In this document: piece after piece, positions 55,505-64,000 of the stretch
How the letters are laid out: each line of letters starts with the position of its first letter
Position numbering within the stretch: the stretch's first letter is position 1
Virus record (IMG/VR): IMGVR_UViG_2667527592_000002
Source: a virus
Taxonomy: Duplodnaviria; Heunggongvirae; Uroviricota; Caudoviricetes
Length of the DNA: 64,000 nucleotides
Direction: 5' to 3' (one strand)
Made by a program: the position numbers and the translations under genes
The notes under the pieces: model-generated
What the model was told of the DNA's origin: nothing
Databases searched by the model: none
What the model saw: only the letters and a program-made list of their open reading frames with translations

Positions 55505-58500
55505 ATGGATATCAGCCCGTTAGCGACGTTGAACAATTACCGCAATGGCGAGCACTCCATATGTCAAAAGCCCTGGAAGAAAAATACAAAGCTCAAGCCG
55601 GGAAACGTTGATCGCGCTGGTAAAAGAGAGGTTATTTTGAAAGAAAATAAAGACCGTATCGCAATAATTGACGCTATTCAGGAAGCGAGCACAAACGAAC
55701 TTAAAGCTCTTGCTGAGGTAAAAGACGCCATTCTTTCTGGGGCAAGCACCATAACTCAACAGGACGAAAGGCAAGGCAGAGTTAGCAACAGACTATCACG
55801 CAGGCGTAAAGACTACGAGCAAAGTACATCTGATAGCGTTAGAGATGTCCAAACTAACCCATATAAAAAACGTCTCCCTGCTAAAAAGGAGAGGGCACCG
55901 ATAAACCAAACCGTGGACCGCTCTATCGTTGCAACGAACACACCAGAAAGTGTTCGTTCTGTGCAATCACGTCAGAACATCCGAAAATCGGACGGTTCTA
56001 TACCGGTAGCTGCTAATTCAACTCCTCTTGAACCACAATCCCCCCAAAGTCTAAAAGGCCCGCTGCGGGATAGTAATGGACGTTTTGTATCCCAGAAAAG
56101 CAATGAGGATGTAGCCAGAAAAAAAGAACTGCAGAACGCACGTAAAGCCGACGCAAAATTACAAGCTGGCTTTCTCAGAAAGCTGGGTTCCATTATGGGG
56201 GTAGATGGCAATCAGTCTTCCAGTGAAGAGTCTTTAACAAATGCAGCTGGTGTCGGTGCTGGTGGGCCGTTATGGATGGCAGCTCGTGGCATGTACGACA
56301 TAACTAAAGAGATCACAGGTAAAGCAGAATCTCTTAAAGAATGGGTAGAAAAGGGGAAAAAAGAAACATCAACCTCGAAAGCGATATCACCAGTAATTAC
56401 TTATCCGGCGGCGGTGAATTCTCAAAAAGCAACATCTGCAAAAGCGTTCAATAACGCTGTTGAGACAAAATCCGCACAAGCAGTAGAAGAGCAAACCAAA
56501 ATCCTTCAGACCAATGACAACAAAATAATTGATGGTCTGGAAAATGTTTCTGACGAGATAGTTAAGCTTCGGAAATCAGTGTCTTCTGGAAATAAGTTCG
56601 GCTTAAGTGATCTCTGGAAAAATCGAGCAAGCAGAAGAAATAAAATCAATATTGGTGATCAGACGGGAAAAAATAAACGGAACAAATCGAAAAGGAAAGG
56701 CCGCAATCTTGGGAAAAAAGCACTCTCCGCTGGCGAAAAAGTTGCTGCCGGTAGCGCTGCGGCTGGCACTGGTGTCGGAGCAGCAAAAGTAGTTAAAAAT
56801 AAGATCAGCAAACCCAAAGATGTAAGCACTATCAGCGATACATCAAAGGGGATTGCAAAGGAAACAAAAAATACTGCTAAGGCCGTGAAGTCAGCTGGTG
56901 TTGTGGCTGAAGATGCCACCATTAAAACCGGCGAAGCCATTGCAAAGAAAAAAACTGAATCTGTAGCCCTCAAAAGTGCAGCAAAAATAGGTGTTAAATC
57001 AGCAGCATCCACAGCGGCAAGAGCGGTCCCTATCATCGGTTCGCTGGCAATGGCTGGATATGACGCCATAGATGGTTACACAGATACAGAGGCGCAAAAG
57101 GCAGCCTTTGGTTTAAGTGACGATGATGCTGTATCCGAACAGAAAAAAACGGCTTACGCAACAGCTAATGTGCTCGATATGGGGGGCTTGGTGTCGGGCG
57201 CAACGAACTTGATAGGAAAAGGAATTTCTGCGCTAGGATTTGAAAGAGCAGGTGAAAAACTTCAGAATTTTGATACCGGAGATATTGCTCGTGGTGTTAA
57301 CGGCGCGGTAGATATCACCAAATCTGTTTTTGGTAGCCTTAAGGATACATTTTTATCCACTGACGAAAACACGAAACAAGTAAAAAAAGCTGTTGAAGAC
57401 GGCACCAAAAAAACTGTCGATGCGATTCATTCTCTAGGTGAACAATTACAAGGTGGGCGTAATGGCGAGGATGGAGTTGGTGAGCACGGATATACTTCTC
57501 CAACTGAATTTAGTGCACCTGCCAACAACACCATTGCAGCGGATCTGAATATTGGCGGCAGCAACGCTAAAAACCGCAATTACCGAAATAATAATCTCGG
57601 CAATCTTGTTTTTGCCAACCAGGAAGGGGCGACGCTGGAATCGCCAAATGCAAAAGGGGAACAACGTTTTGCGCGATTTAACACACCTGAAGAAGGGATC
57701 AGGGCACTGGCAAACCAGGTTTCCAGCTATTACAACGGCACCAGTGCCGCAGCGGGATATCAGAAGTTACAGACGGTATCCAGCATCATTTCAAAATGGG
57801 CACCGCCAAATGAGAACAATACTAACCAATATATTGATAACGTCAGTAAATATCTTGGTGTATCGCCTAATGAAAAAATAGATGTCAGCAACCCAGAGGT
57901 TATGACGCAATTAGTTCGTGCAATTGCGACGAAAGAAGGCGGAAATCCGGCAGTTAATAATGAGTTCATTAAGAATGCACTTGGAGCATTTAACACAAAC
58001 ACTGGTCGATGGGAGGGACAATTCTCTGACGAAACATTGGCGCGGATTAATAAAATTCAGAAAGAAAATGGTGGTCAGCTAATTGCCCGCGATTCGCAAT
58101 ATAGTGTTGGTCGCAAGGTAAAATATGCTAATGGAAAATCTCCAGCTCAACCAGTTTTGAATGCCGTTCCGACAGCAACACAACAGCCAATTGAGGTTGC
58201 ACAACATGCCCAGGCAGTCAAAAAGCCACAAAAAACAGGCAATCAATCGCAACCGATTAATCCAGAGAATGTTGATGTTAATACTGGCTCGCCATCAAGT
58301 CTGCTTGAGAGATTAATCGCTATAAATGACAGCGGGGTAGGTAATTTATTTGGAGGTGCGGCTACCAGCCTTGCTGGTACAAGCCTTGGCCTGATTAAGG
58401 ATTTTGCGTCGGCGACTTCGTTTGGTTCTATATCTTCGCTTTCCGAAAAAGCGAAAGGAATGGATCAGGCTCTTACTGAAAAGATATCCAGCTTAACCGG

Positions 58501-59287
58501 TAAATCTTTTGGATTTCAAAAAGCAAGCCAGGTAACTGATATAAGAGACGCTTTACAAAAAAGACCAAAAGCTGAACGCGATATGCCTTCAGTGGATCTT
58601 CTTTCCGGTGTTTCTTCGGCAAGTGAGAGTGAAAAAATCTCTGTAAACTCAAGGGGGATTCCAGTTTATGACAATGGATACAAGGTAATTGATGGTGAAG
58701 ATAAGGGGGTACTTGGCTCTTTGTTTGACTCGTCATTAACAGGTCTGAAACGTATTAGCTCTGCTGTGTTACCTGCAATTGGCGATAACGTTTCACGACT
58801 TATTGGTGGGGTAGATGGCACTGGCATTGTTAATGATTTGGTTTATCAGGCTACTGGGCAGAACTCAACAATTGCCAGGGCTATTAGCCCGCTTACCAGG
58901 AGCGCCGGTAGTTGGCTGAATAATGGTATTCAACAAACCGCAGATAGCATTAGAGGTATATCAAACGAAGCCAATAATGCCATATTTGGCTCTGCGTCAG
59001 CCGTGCAAGAACCTTTTCTTGCTATGCCACCACAGCTTCCTACTGTAACAGATCTCGCACGAAGCGGAATAAGACAACCATTAACTACTGACACTATAAA
59101 TAACGATCCTGCTATGTTGAAGGCGCTGGATAACATCTGCTCTATCCTGAACGACCTTCTGAATGTGAACAAGAACAATACAAAAGGCGATCCGGATAAG
59201 GTTGTCAAAACATCGCAGCCGCAACCGCGACCACGTGCTAGCACAACTATTAATGACCCGTCGCTGGATGCTCTGCTTGAGGATTAA
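55505..59287 (+). CDS. tail tape-measure-like protein (Sit-like), possible cell-wall hydrolase region
   Basis: 1260 aa, largest ORF, just upstream of baseplate genes; Ala/Gly/Lys-rich repeats; central NRNYRNNNLGNLVF... block. Confidence 0.55.
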   Translation: MDISPLATLNNYRNGEHSICQKPWKKNTKLKPGNVDRAGKREVILKENKDRIAIIDAIQEASTNELKALAEVKDAILSGASTITQQDERQGRVSNRLSRRRKDYEQSTSDSVRDVQTNPYKKRLPAKKERAPINQTVDRSIVATNTPESVRSVQSRQNIRKSDGSIPVAANSTPLEPQSPQSLKGPLRDSNGRFVSQKSNEDVARKKELQNARKADAKLQAGFLRKLGSIMGVDGNQSSSEESLTNAAGVGAGGPLWMAARGMYDITKEITGKAESLKEWVEKGKKETSTSKAISPVITYPAAVNSQKATSAKAFNNAVETKSAQAVEEQTKILQTNDNKIIDGLENVSDEIVKLRKSVSSGNKFGLSDLWKNRASRRNKINIGDQTGKNKRNKSKRKGRNLGKKALSAGEKVAAGSAAAGTGVGAAKVVKNKISKPKDVSTISDTSKGIAKETKNTAKAVKSAGVVAEDATIKTGEAIAKKKTESVALKSAAKIGVKSAASTAARAVPIIGSLAMAGYDAIDGYTDTEAQKAAFGLSDDDAVSEQKKTAYATANVLDMGGLVSGATNLIGKGISALGFERAGEKLQNFDTGDIARGVNGAVDITKSVFGSLKDTFLSTDENTKQVKKAVEDGTKKTVDAIHSLGEQLQGGRNGEDGVGEHGYTSPTEFSAPANNTIAADLNIGGSNAKNRNYRNNNLGNLVFANQEGATLESPNAKGEQRFARFNTPEEGIRALANQVSSYYNGTSAAAGYQKLQTVSSIISKWAPPNENNTNQYIDNVSKYLGVSPNEKIDVSNPEVMTQLVRAIATKEGGNPAVNNEFIKNALGAFNTNTGRWEGQFSDETLARINKIQKENGGQLIARDSQYSVGRKVKYANGKSPAQPVLNAVPTATQQPIEVAQHAQAVKKPQKTGNQSQPINPENVDVNTGSPSSLLERLIAINDSGVGNLFGGAATSLAGTSLGLIKDFASATSFGSISSLSEKAKGMDQALTEKISSLTGKSFGFQKASQVTDIRDALQKRPKAERDMPSVDLLSGVSSASESEKISVNSRGIPVYDNGYKVIDGEDKGVLGSLFDSSLTGLKRISSAVLPAIGDNVSRLIGGVDGTGIVNDLVYQATGQNSTIARAISPLTRSAGSWLNNGIQQTADSIRGISNEANNAIFGSASAVQEPFLAMPPQLPTVTDLARSGIRQPLTTDTINNDPAMLKALDNICSILNDLLNVNKNNTKGDPDKVVKTSQPQPRPRASTTINDPSLDALLED

Positions 59288-59292
59288 TACAG

Positions 59293-59667
59293 ATGCTTTA
59301 TGAAATAGACGCAAGACTTCAAACGAATGAGAGCGGTGTCATTATTGCAGAAGGAAGTACCGCAGCATGGATGGCCCGACTTGACGAGTGGCTACGAACC
59401 CCTGAAGGGAGTGTTTATGGTTTACCCTCTTGGGGGAATCCAATGGAAGAATTTAAGCATGAACCATTCGGCTCTGAAACTTCGCACATAGTTGAAGTGG
59501 CTATTGAAGGGAGAATGATGAAAAAACTACGACAAGACTTGCCAGGTTTGGATGTGCAGGGGATTCGTTGCACATCAATTTCTGAAGATTCTTTATTAAT
59601 TAGTTTTTATGCGAAAGGTGGGAGCATGGATATTGTTATGCAGAAATCAAGTGGGGTGGGCGCGTGA
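59293..59667 (+). CDS. putative baseplate wedge protein (gpW/gp25-like by size and position)
   Basis: 124 aa; ORF track. Confidence 0.4.
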   Translation: MLYEIDARLQTNESGVIIAEGSTAAWMARLDEWLRTPEGSVYGLPSWGNPMEEFKHEPFGSETSHIVEVAIEGRMMKKLRQDLPGLDVQGIRCTSISEDSLLISFYAKGGSMDIVMQKSSGVGA

Positions 59668-61094
59668 CGATTACAGAATTACTGGACAAATTTAACGCCA
59701 AGTTAAATGAAAACACATGGTGGTCACGATTTGTAAATAGTCAGTTTGTGCAGATGCACGCGATATTCGGATCACAGCTTATTTATATTGCCCGTACATT
59801 TGCAAGCCGCGGCCTCACTGAGGGACTTATTTCAACGGCTACGCGCCGCTCAAGTATTTTAGCGGTTGCTGAAGACCGTAGCTACGTAGGGCGATTTGTT
59901 AGTGCTTCATACGGAACAACGTCTATAACCAATAAAACTGATCGGGATATTACGTTACCAGCCGGGGCTGAATTGCTTGCCAATGACCAAACACCTTTGG
60001 CAATTATTAACAGTGTTGTAATTCCTGCTGGAGGAACTGTTTCTGGCGTAGAAACTAAACAGCATGAAGCTGTTAGCGTTACATTTGATATTGAGAAGGA
60101 AACTTTATTTCTGACATTGTTGCTTTCCAGAGAGTTAACAAAAGAAGTCTCTAGCCTGGATGTTTATGTTATTACAGATGGCGTAGAAGAAAAATGGACA
60201 TATAACCCATTATTTAGAATGTCCAGAGACAAGAGTAAGCACTATTCATTGGCATATAAACCTACAGAACAACTTGGAGTCAAGTTTGGTGATGGTTCTA
60301 TGGGTATGATGCCTCCAGCAGGCTGTCAGGTTCGAATCGATGTTATGGCTAGCCTTGGCGACTATACTTTGGCTGAAGGACAAAAGTTAGAACCGGCTGG
60401 AAATATCGCTCAATATGTGGAGTCACTAGAGTTTAAAACTGATTCGATCATTACCGGTGGTAGTGGTATGGAAACTACAGAAGAAACTCGAAATCGTGCT
60501 CAGTATTATGTTGCATACGATGAACAAGTGGTATGGGGCGGTGATTATCGCCAATTCATTCAGAATGTTGTTCATGGAACTTCATGGTTGAACGTTTGGG
60601 GCGAAGCGTTACAAGAGAAAATAACTGGGTTTGACGTTCGAAACATCAACAAGATTTTCTTTTGCGGACATAAGCCAGGTGTAAGCCAGGCTCAGCTAAA
60701 ATCAGAAATACTGAAAGCTCTAGAGAATGTTCCAAATGAGTTGAACAAGCGGTTTGAGTATGTAGATACAAATGAACAACCATTTACTATAAAATTTACA
60801 GGTATTGCACGTAAAAATGTTCTGATAGACGACGCTCAAAATGCTATTAAAGCAGCGTTGGAAGATAATTTTGGTCGTGATTCGTCATCATTCAGTTTAT
60901 TACTACAGAGTGATGATGATTCTCAGCAATGTTATGCACAGGTAAAAGTTAAAGATATTTGGCGAGTAATAGAGTCGCTGGATATGTTTCTCTCTTATGA
61001 CATAACAATACAAAATATGAAAGATGCAGTTTACTTTAATGACTTCATTTATCTTGACGTGAAATCTTCAACGTTCAGTATTTCTTACCCGTAA
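59664..61094 (+). CDS. putative baseplate protein (gpJ-like by position)
   Basis: 476 aa; ATGA overlap. Confidence 0.45.
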   Translation: MTITELLDKFNAKLNENTWWSRFVNSQFVQMHAIFGSQLIYIARTFASRGLTEGLISTATRRSSILAVAEDRSYVGRFVSASYGTTSITNKTDRDITLPAGAELLANDQTPLAIINSVVIPAGGTVSGVETKQHEAVSVTFDIEKETLFLTLLLSRELTKEVSSLDVYVITDGVEEKWTYNPLFRMSRDKSKHYSLAYKPTEQLGVKFGDGSMGMMPPAGCQVRIDVMASLGDYTLAEGQKLEPAGNIAQYVESLEFKTDSIITGGSGMETTEETRNRAQYYVAYDEQVVWGGDYRQFIQNVVHGTSWLNVWGEALQEKITGFDVRNINKIFFCGHKPGVSQAQLKSEILKALENVPNELNKRFEYVDTNEQPFTIKFTGIARKNVLIDDAQNAIKAALEDNFGRDSSSFSLLLQSDDDSQQCYAQVKVKDIWRVIESLDMFLSYDITIQNMKDAVYFNDFIYLDVKSSTFSISYP

Positions 61095-61104
61095 TGAGGT
61101 TAGC

Positions 61105-61950
61105 ATGAAAGATAATTGGCTTAAGGAACGATTAACTAAAGTAAAACAGGATTCACATCTCTGGAGTGCATTTATAGACGCTTTACAGGATGTCTGGAAT
61201 GAGGCAGTAGAACCAATATTAACAAGAATAAGTAACAGAAAATCCTTCTTCACTATGGACAGTGAGGATATGGATGCCCGCATTGCTGAATACGGGCGTT
61301 TTTTCGTTATCACTGAAAAAGATAAGGCTCGTAGGCCAATGCTGCTGGCACAACGTTTAGATGAAGTGCACTTTAAAGGCACTATCTTGCCAATTGAGCA
61401 GACATTCTGGCGTGAATTCGGTTGTATTCCTGTTAGTTGGGAACCGCTGTATGCACCTGTAAATATAGAAAAACACCCCTATGGTTCATATTTTGCGACC
61501 GAAATAGAAATACCTACGGCACAGGCTCAATTCGGTGAGTTCTTCCTGACATCAAGGGGGCTGGTCGTTGTTGATCAGAACAAGCTATATCGCTCATATG
61601 GAGAGCAGGATAAAGAAGCCGCTGTACAGAAATTGTTATCTGACTTCGAAACAGTAATAGCCCCTTTATTGCCATTGCATATTGTTTTTGATGGCGTCTC
61701 GTTTCGGCTTAGTGCTGTATTCCCTGAAGTGGCAGAAATACTAAATTGCTTGTCTACGGATGTTTCGGTAATTGAAGGTGTTTATGTTACTGAGAGTATG
61801 GCTGATATGCTATCCCGTAGTGATACCTCCTGCCAGGTAGACAATATTTCTCTTAACGCCATACCGAACCGAACGGCAGAAAAGCAATTACATCTTGATG
61901 TAACCCCACTCGATGCGTGGCCTTTGGATTACCACCTTCAACCTGTTTAA
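61105..61950 (+). CDS. putative baseplate/tail protein
   Basis: 281 aa; ORF track. Confidence 0.45.
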   Translation: MKDNWLKERLTKVKQDSHLWSAFIDALQDVWNEAVEPILTRISNRKSFFTMDSEDMDARIAEYGRFFVITEKDKARRPMLLAQRLDEVHFKGTILPIEQTFWREFGCIPVSWEPLYAPVNIEKHPYGSYFATEIEIPTAQAQFGEFFLTSRGLVVVDQNKLYRSYGEQDKEAAVQKLLSDFETVIAPLLPLHIVFDGVSFRLSAVFPEVAEILNCLSTDVSVIEGVYVTESMADMLSRSDTSCQVDNISLNAIPNRTAEKQLHLDVTPLDAWPLDYHLQPV

Positions 61951-62044
61951 TAATTCTTCCCCCGCATTTGGGGGAAGAACAACGGAAATCACAAACTGAG
62001 CATACTCTCCTTTGGTTCATTGCTTATGAAGGAGCTATGTTCGT

Positions 62045-62491
62045 ATGGCTGAAAATTTAAAGGCAAGAGATGGTAACCGCCTGTATAAGGCGCAATTGCT
62101 TTCCTACTATTATTCACGCCGCGCAGAGTCGGCGATCGGCAAAGGTGCGCGTTTTGTTATCTCTAAGGCGTATTGGTGCAAATCTAGTCTGGTAACTGCT
62201 AATGGTGCAGGAGGCTGGAATATAGCGGACATTCCACTCGATTTTAAATTGAGTGACGCTCAACAGTTTGCCGTGTCCGATCTGATATTATCCAGCGTGG
62301 ATGGGATTATCACTATCAATGCAGCCTTCCCTCAAGAAAGAATGCCGGATAACACGCCTTACGACTTTAACACGCTTGTGCTTGTTGATGCTGAGGAACA
62401 GGCTTTTGGTGTGCTTTGCACCCAGCAAGATACCCTCTATAAAGGTAAACGTTACAGTATTCTCATGACAATCGAGCAAGTTGAGGGTTGA
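62045..62491 (+). CDS. hypothetical tail protein (148 aa)
   Basis: ORF track; directly upstream of tail fibre. Confidence 0.45.
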   Translation: MAENLKARDGNRLYKAQLLSYYYSRRAESAIGKGARFVISKAYWCKSSLVTANGAGGWNIADIPLDFKLSDAQQFAVSDLILSSVDGIITINAAFPQERMPDNTPYDFNTLVLVDAEEQAFGVLCTQQDTLYKGKRYSILMTIEQVEG

Positions 62492-62493
62492 TT

Positions 62494-64000
62494 ATGGGGG
62501 CTGATAAAACGAACAACATAATGACACTATCCTCTGGTGTCTCACAGCCTTTGCTTGCTGATGTTCAATATTTCGAACTCTATAGTAGTTCGGCTCTTAA
62601 CAGAAAACTAAAAAATATTGTTTTGCCTGGCTTTTACTGTGGATTTGAACCAGTTCCCGGCACAGGGTTGAGCGTCCGTATAACTTCTGAAAATTCAGAA
62701 GGTAAAGGGGCTGCTTCAGTAGATGTAAATAATGTTCAGATATCCGTTCAGCAAATAGAAGATGTGACTGTCTCGGTAAAGGCAGGGGCTACCAACATTA
62801 TTGTGCTGGAAGCCAATTTTGAACATGGTGTAAAAACGACACAGGTAGATAGCACATCTTCTGTCAGTGCTGCAAGAATTTACGCGCGTACGGACAATAC
62901 TATTGGGCAGAATCAAATTGAATTATGTCGAGTTATCGTGCCTAGCGGCGCAACGGCTGTGACTAAAGAAATGATTGTGCTTAAATACCGGGTTAACCGT
63001 GCTGTTGGTGTCGAATTCTCTAATGAAATAAGCAGTACAGAAGAAAGAAAAGCGGCTACACCTCTGGCTGTCAAAACTCTCCATGATTTGGTTGATACAA
63101 AAGCTCCGCTCGATAGTCCGCATCTGTCAGGTACGCCGACTTCGCCAACACCTGAACCCGGTACAAAAAACACACAGATCGCAAATGCGGCCTTTGTCTA
63201 TGCAGCTATAAATGCGCTTATCAATGGTGCTCCGGGAACGATGGACACGCTGAAAGAAATTGCAGCAGCCATCAATAACGACCCAAAATTCAGCGAAACT
63301 ATCAATAACGCACTGGCTCTTAAAGCTCCTTTGGCAAGCCCTGCATTAACGGGTGTCCCTACTGCGCCGACCGCCGCACAGGGCACAAATAATACGCAGA
63401 TTGCTACGACCGCTTATGTAAGAGCTGCCATTTCCGCATTGGTTGGTTCATCACCAGAAGCTCTTGATACCCTGAATGAGCTTGCCGCAGCACTTGGCAA
63501 TGACCCGAACTTTGCGACAACAATGACAAATGCGCTGGCAGGCAAACAGCCTCTGGATGCAACTTTAACCGCGCTTGCTGCCCTTGCGACTGGTGCAAAC
63601 AAACTGCCTTATTTCACCGGTAAGGATACGGTAGCGCAGACTGATTTAACGTCAGTCGGTCGCGATATTCTGGCTAAAACAAGCACACTGGCCGTTATCC
63701 AATACCTTGGTTTAAGAGAACTCGGTACCAGCGGTGAAAAGATCCCCCTGTTGAGCACGGCTAACACATGGAGTGCGCGCCAGACTTTCAACGGCGGGAT
63801 CACCGGGGCGCTGACAGGGAACGCCGATACCGCGACGAAATTGAAAACAGCCAGAAACATTAATGGCGTCAGGTTCGATGGTTCGGCTGACATTAATATC
63901 AATACTCTGGTATCACGCGGTCGAGTAACTGCTCTGGCGTCGAATGCGCAGGGGACATCCGGGATTCAGCTGTATGAGGCATACAACAATGGCTACCCTT
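62494..64000 (+). CDS. tail fibre protein, 3' end beyond window
   Basis: Open from ATG 62494 to window end; repeated NTQIA..A(F/Y)V...AP(L)xSPxLTG.PTAPT motifs typical of P1/Mu/P2 tail fibres. Confidence 0.7.
   Translation, partial: MGADKTNNIMTLSSGVSQPLLADVQYFELYSSSALNRKLKNIVLPGFYCGFEPVPGTGLSVRITSENSEGKGAASVDVNNVQISVQQIEDVTVSVKAGATNIIVLEANFEHGVKTTQVDSTSSVSAARIYARTDNTIGQNQIELCRVIVPSGATAVTKEMIVLKYRVNRAVGVEFSNEISSTEERKAATPLAVKTLHDLVDTKAPLDSPHLSGTPTSPTPEPGTKNTQIANAAFVYAAINALINGAPGTMDTLKEIAAAINNDPKFSETINNALALKAPLASPALTGVPTAPTAAQGTNNTQIATTAYVRAAISALVGSSPEALDTLNELAAALGNDPNFATTMTNALAGKQPLDATLTALAALATGANKLPYFTGKDTVAQTDLTSVGRDILAKTSTLAVIQYLGLRELGTSGEKIPLLSTANTWSARQTFNGGITGALTGNADTATKLKTARNINGVRFDGSADININTLVSRGRVTALASNAQGTSGIQLYEAYNNGYP

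Noticed and set aside
55520-59314. Minus-strand ORFs within the tape-measure gene and other antisense entries inside large structural genes
   Set aside because: Embedded in long, motif-supported ORFs on the other strand; no independent support.
62494-64000. Repeated blocks in the tail-fibre gene as a diversity-generating retroelement target
   Set aside because: Repeats are protein-level collagen-like fibre motifs; no template repeat or reverse transcriptase nearby.

Overview
This 64 kb window reads as one contiguous segment of a P1-like temperate phage-plasmid of Enterobacteriaceae, not chromosome. All product calls rest on my reading of the translated ORFs (motifs and remembered homologues); no database search or folding was run. 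Left to right: a CAU-anticodon tRNA; a terminase module (PacA-like small subunit with a GATC cluster, PacB-like large subunit); a convergent 345-aa candidate repressor; a 34-bp lox-like site and a Cre-type recombinase; an accessory block with dUTPase, a DUF2829 (Tad2-like) protein and a degenerate, nuclease-less TerL paralogue; a long leftward block with doc-phd, humD, a PAPS-reductase-like/P-loop pair, a lambda-type Ser/Thr phosphatase and a DUF4406 protein; a Ref-like HNH protein; an immI-like region (structured RNA, Icd-like ORF, Rha antirepressor); secreted cargo proteins; higBA next to a strongly AT-rich membrane protein; baseplate genes; rdgC; C5 and Dam methyltransferases; an embedded host-type glnS; two adjacent partition systems (ParA/RHH and ParMRC); PAAR spike, spanins and virion genes interrupted by a RepA iteron replicon; tape measure, baseplate and a tail fibre cut by the window end. 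An asymmetric operator-like motif (core TTTTCTAACAYAAA) recurs at 8 intergenic positions. No CRISPR array, IS element, rRNA or reverse transcriptase was seen. The strongest candidates for something undescribed are the crippled TerL paralogue, the element-borne glnS, the AT-rich membrane protein beside higBA, and the PAPS-reductase-like and DUF4406 modules.
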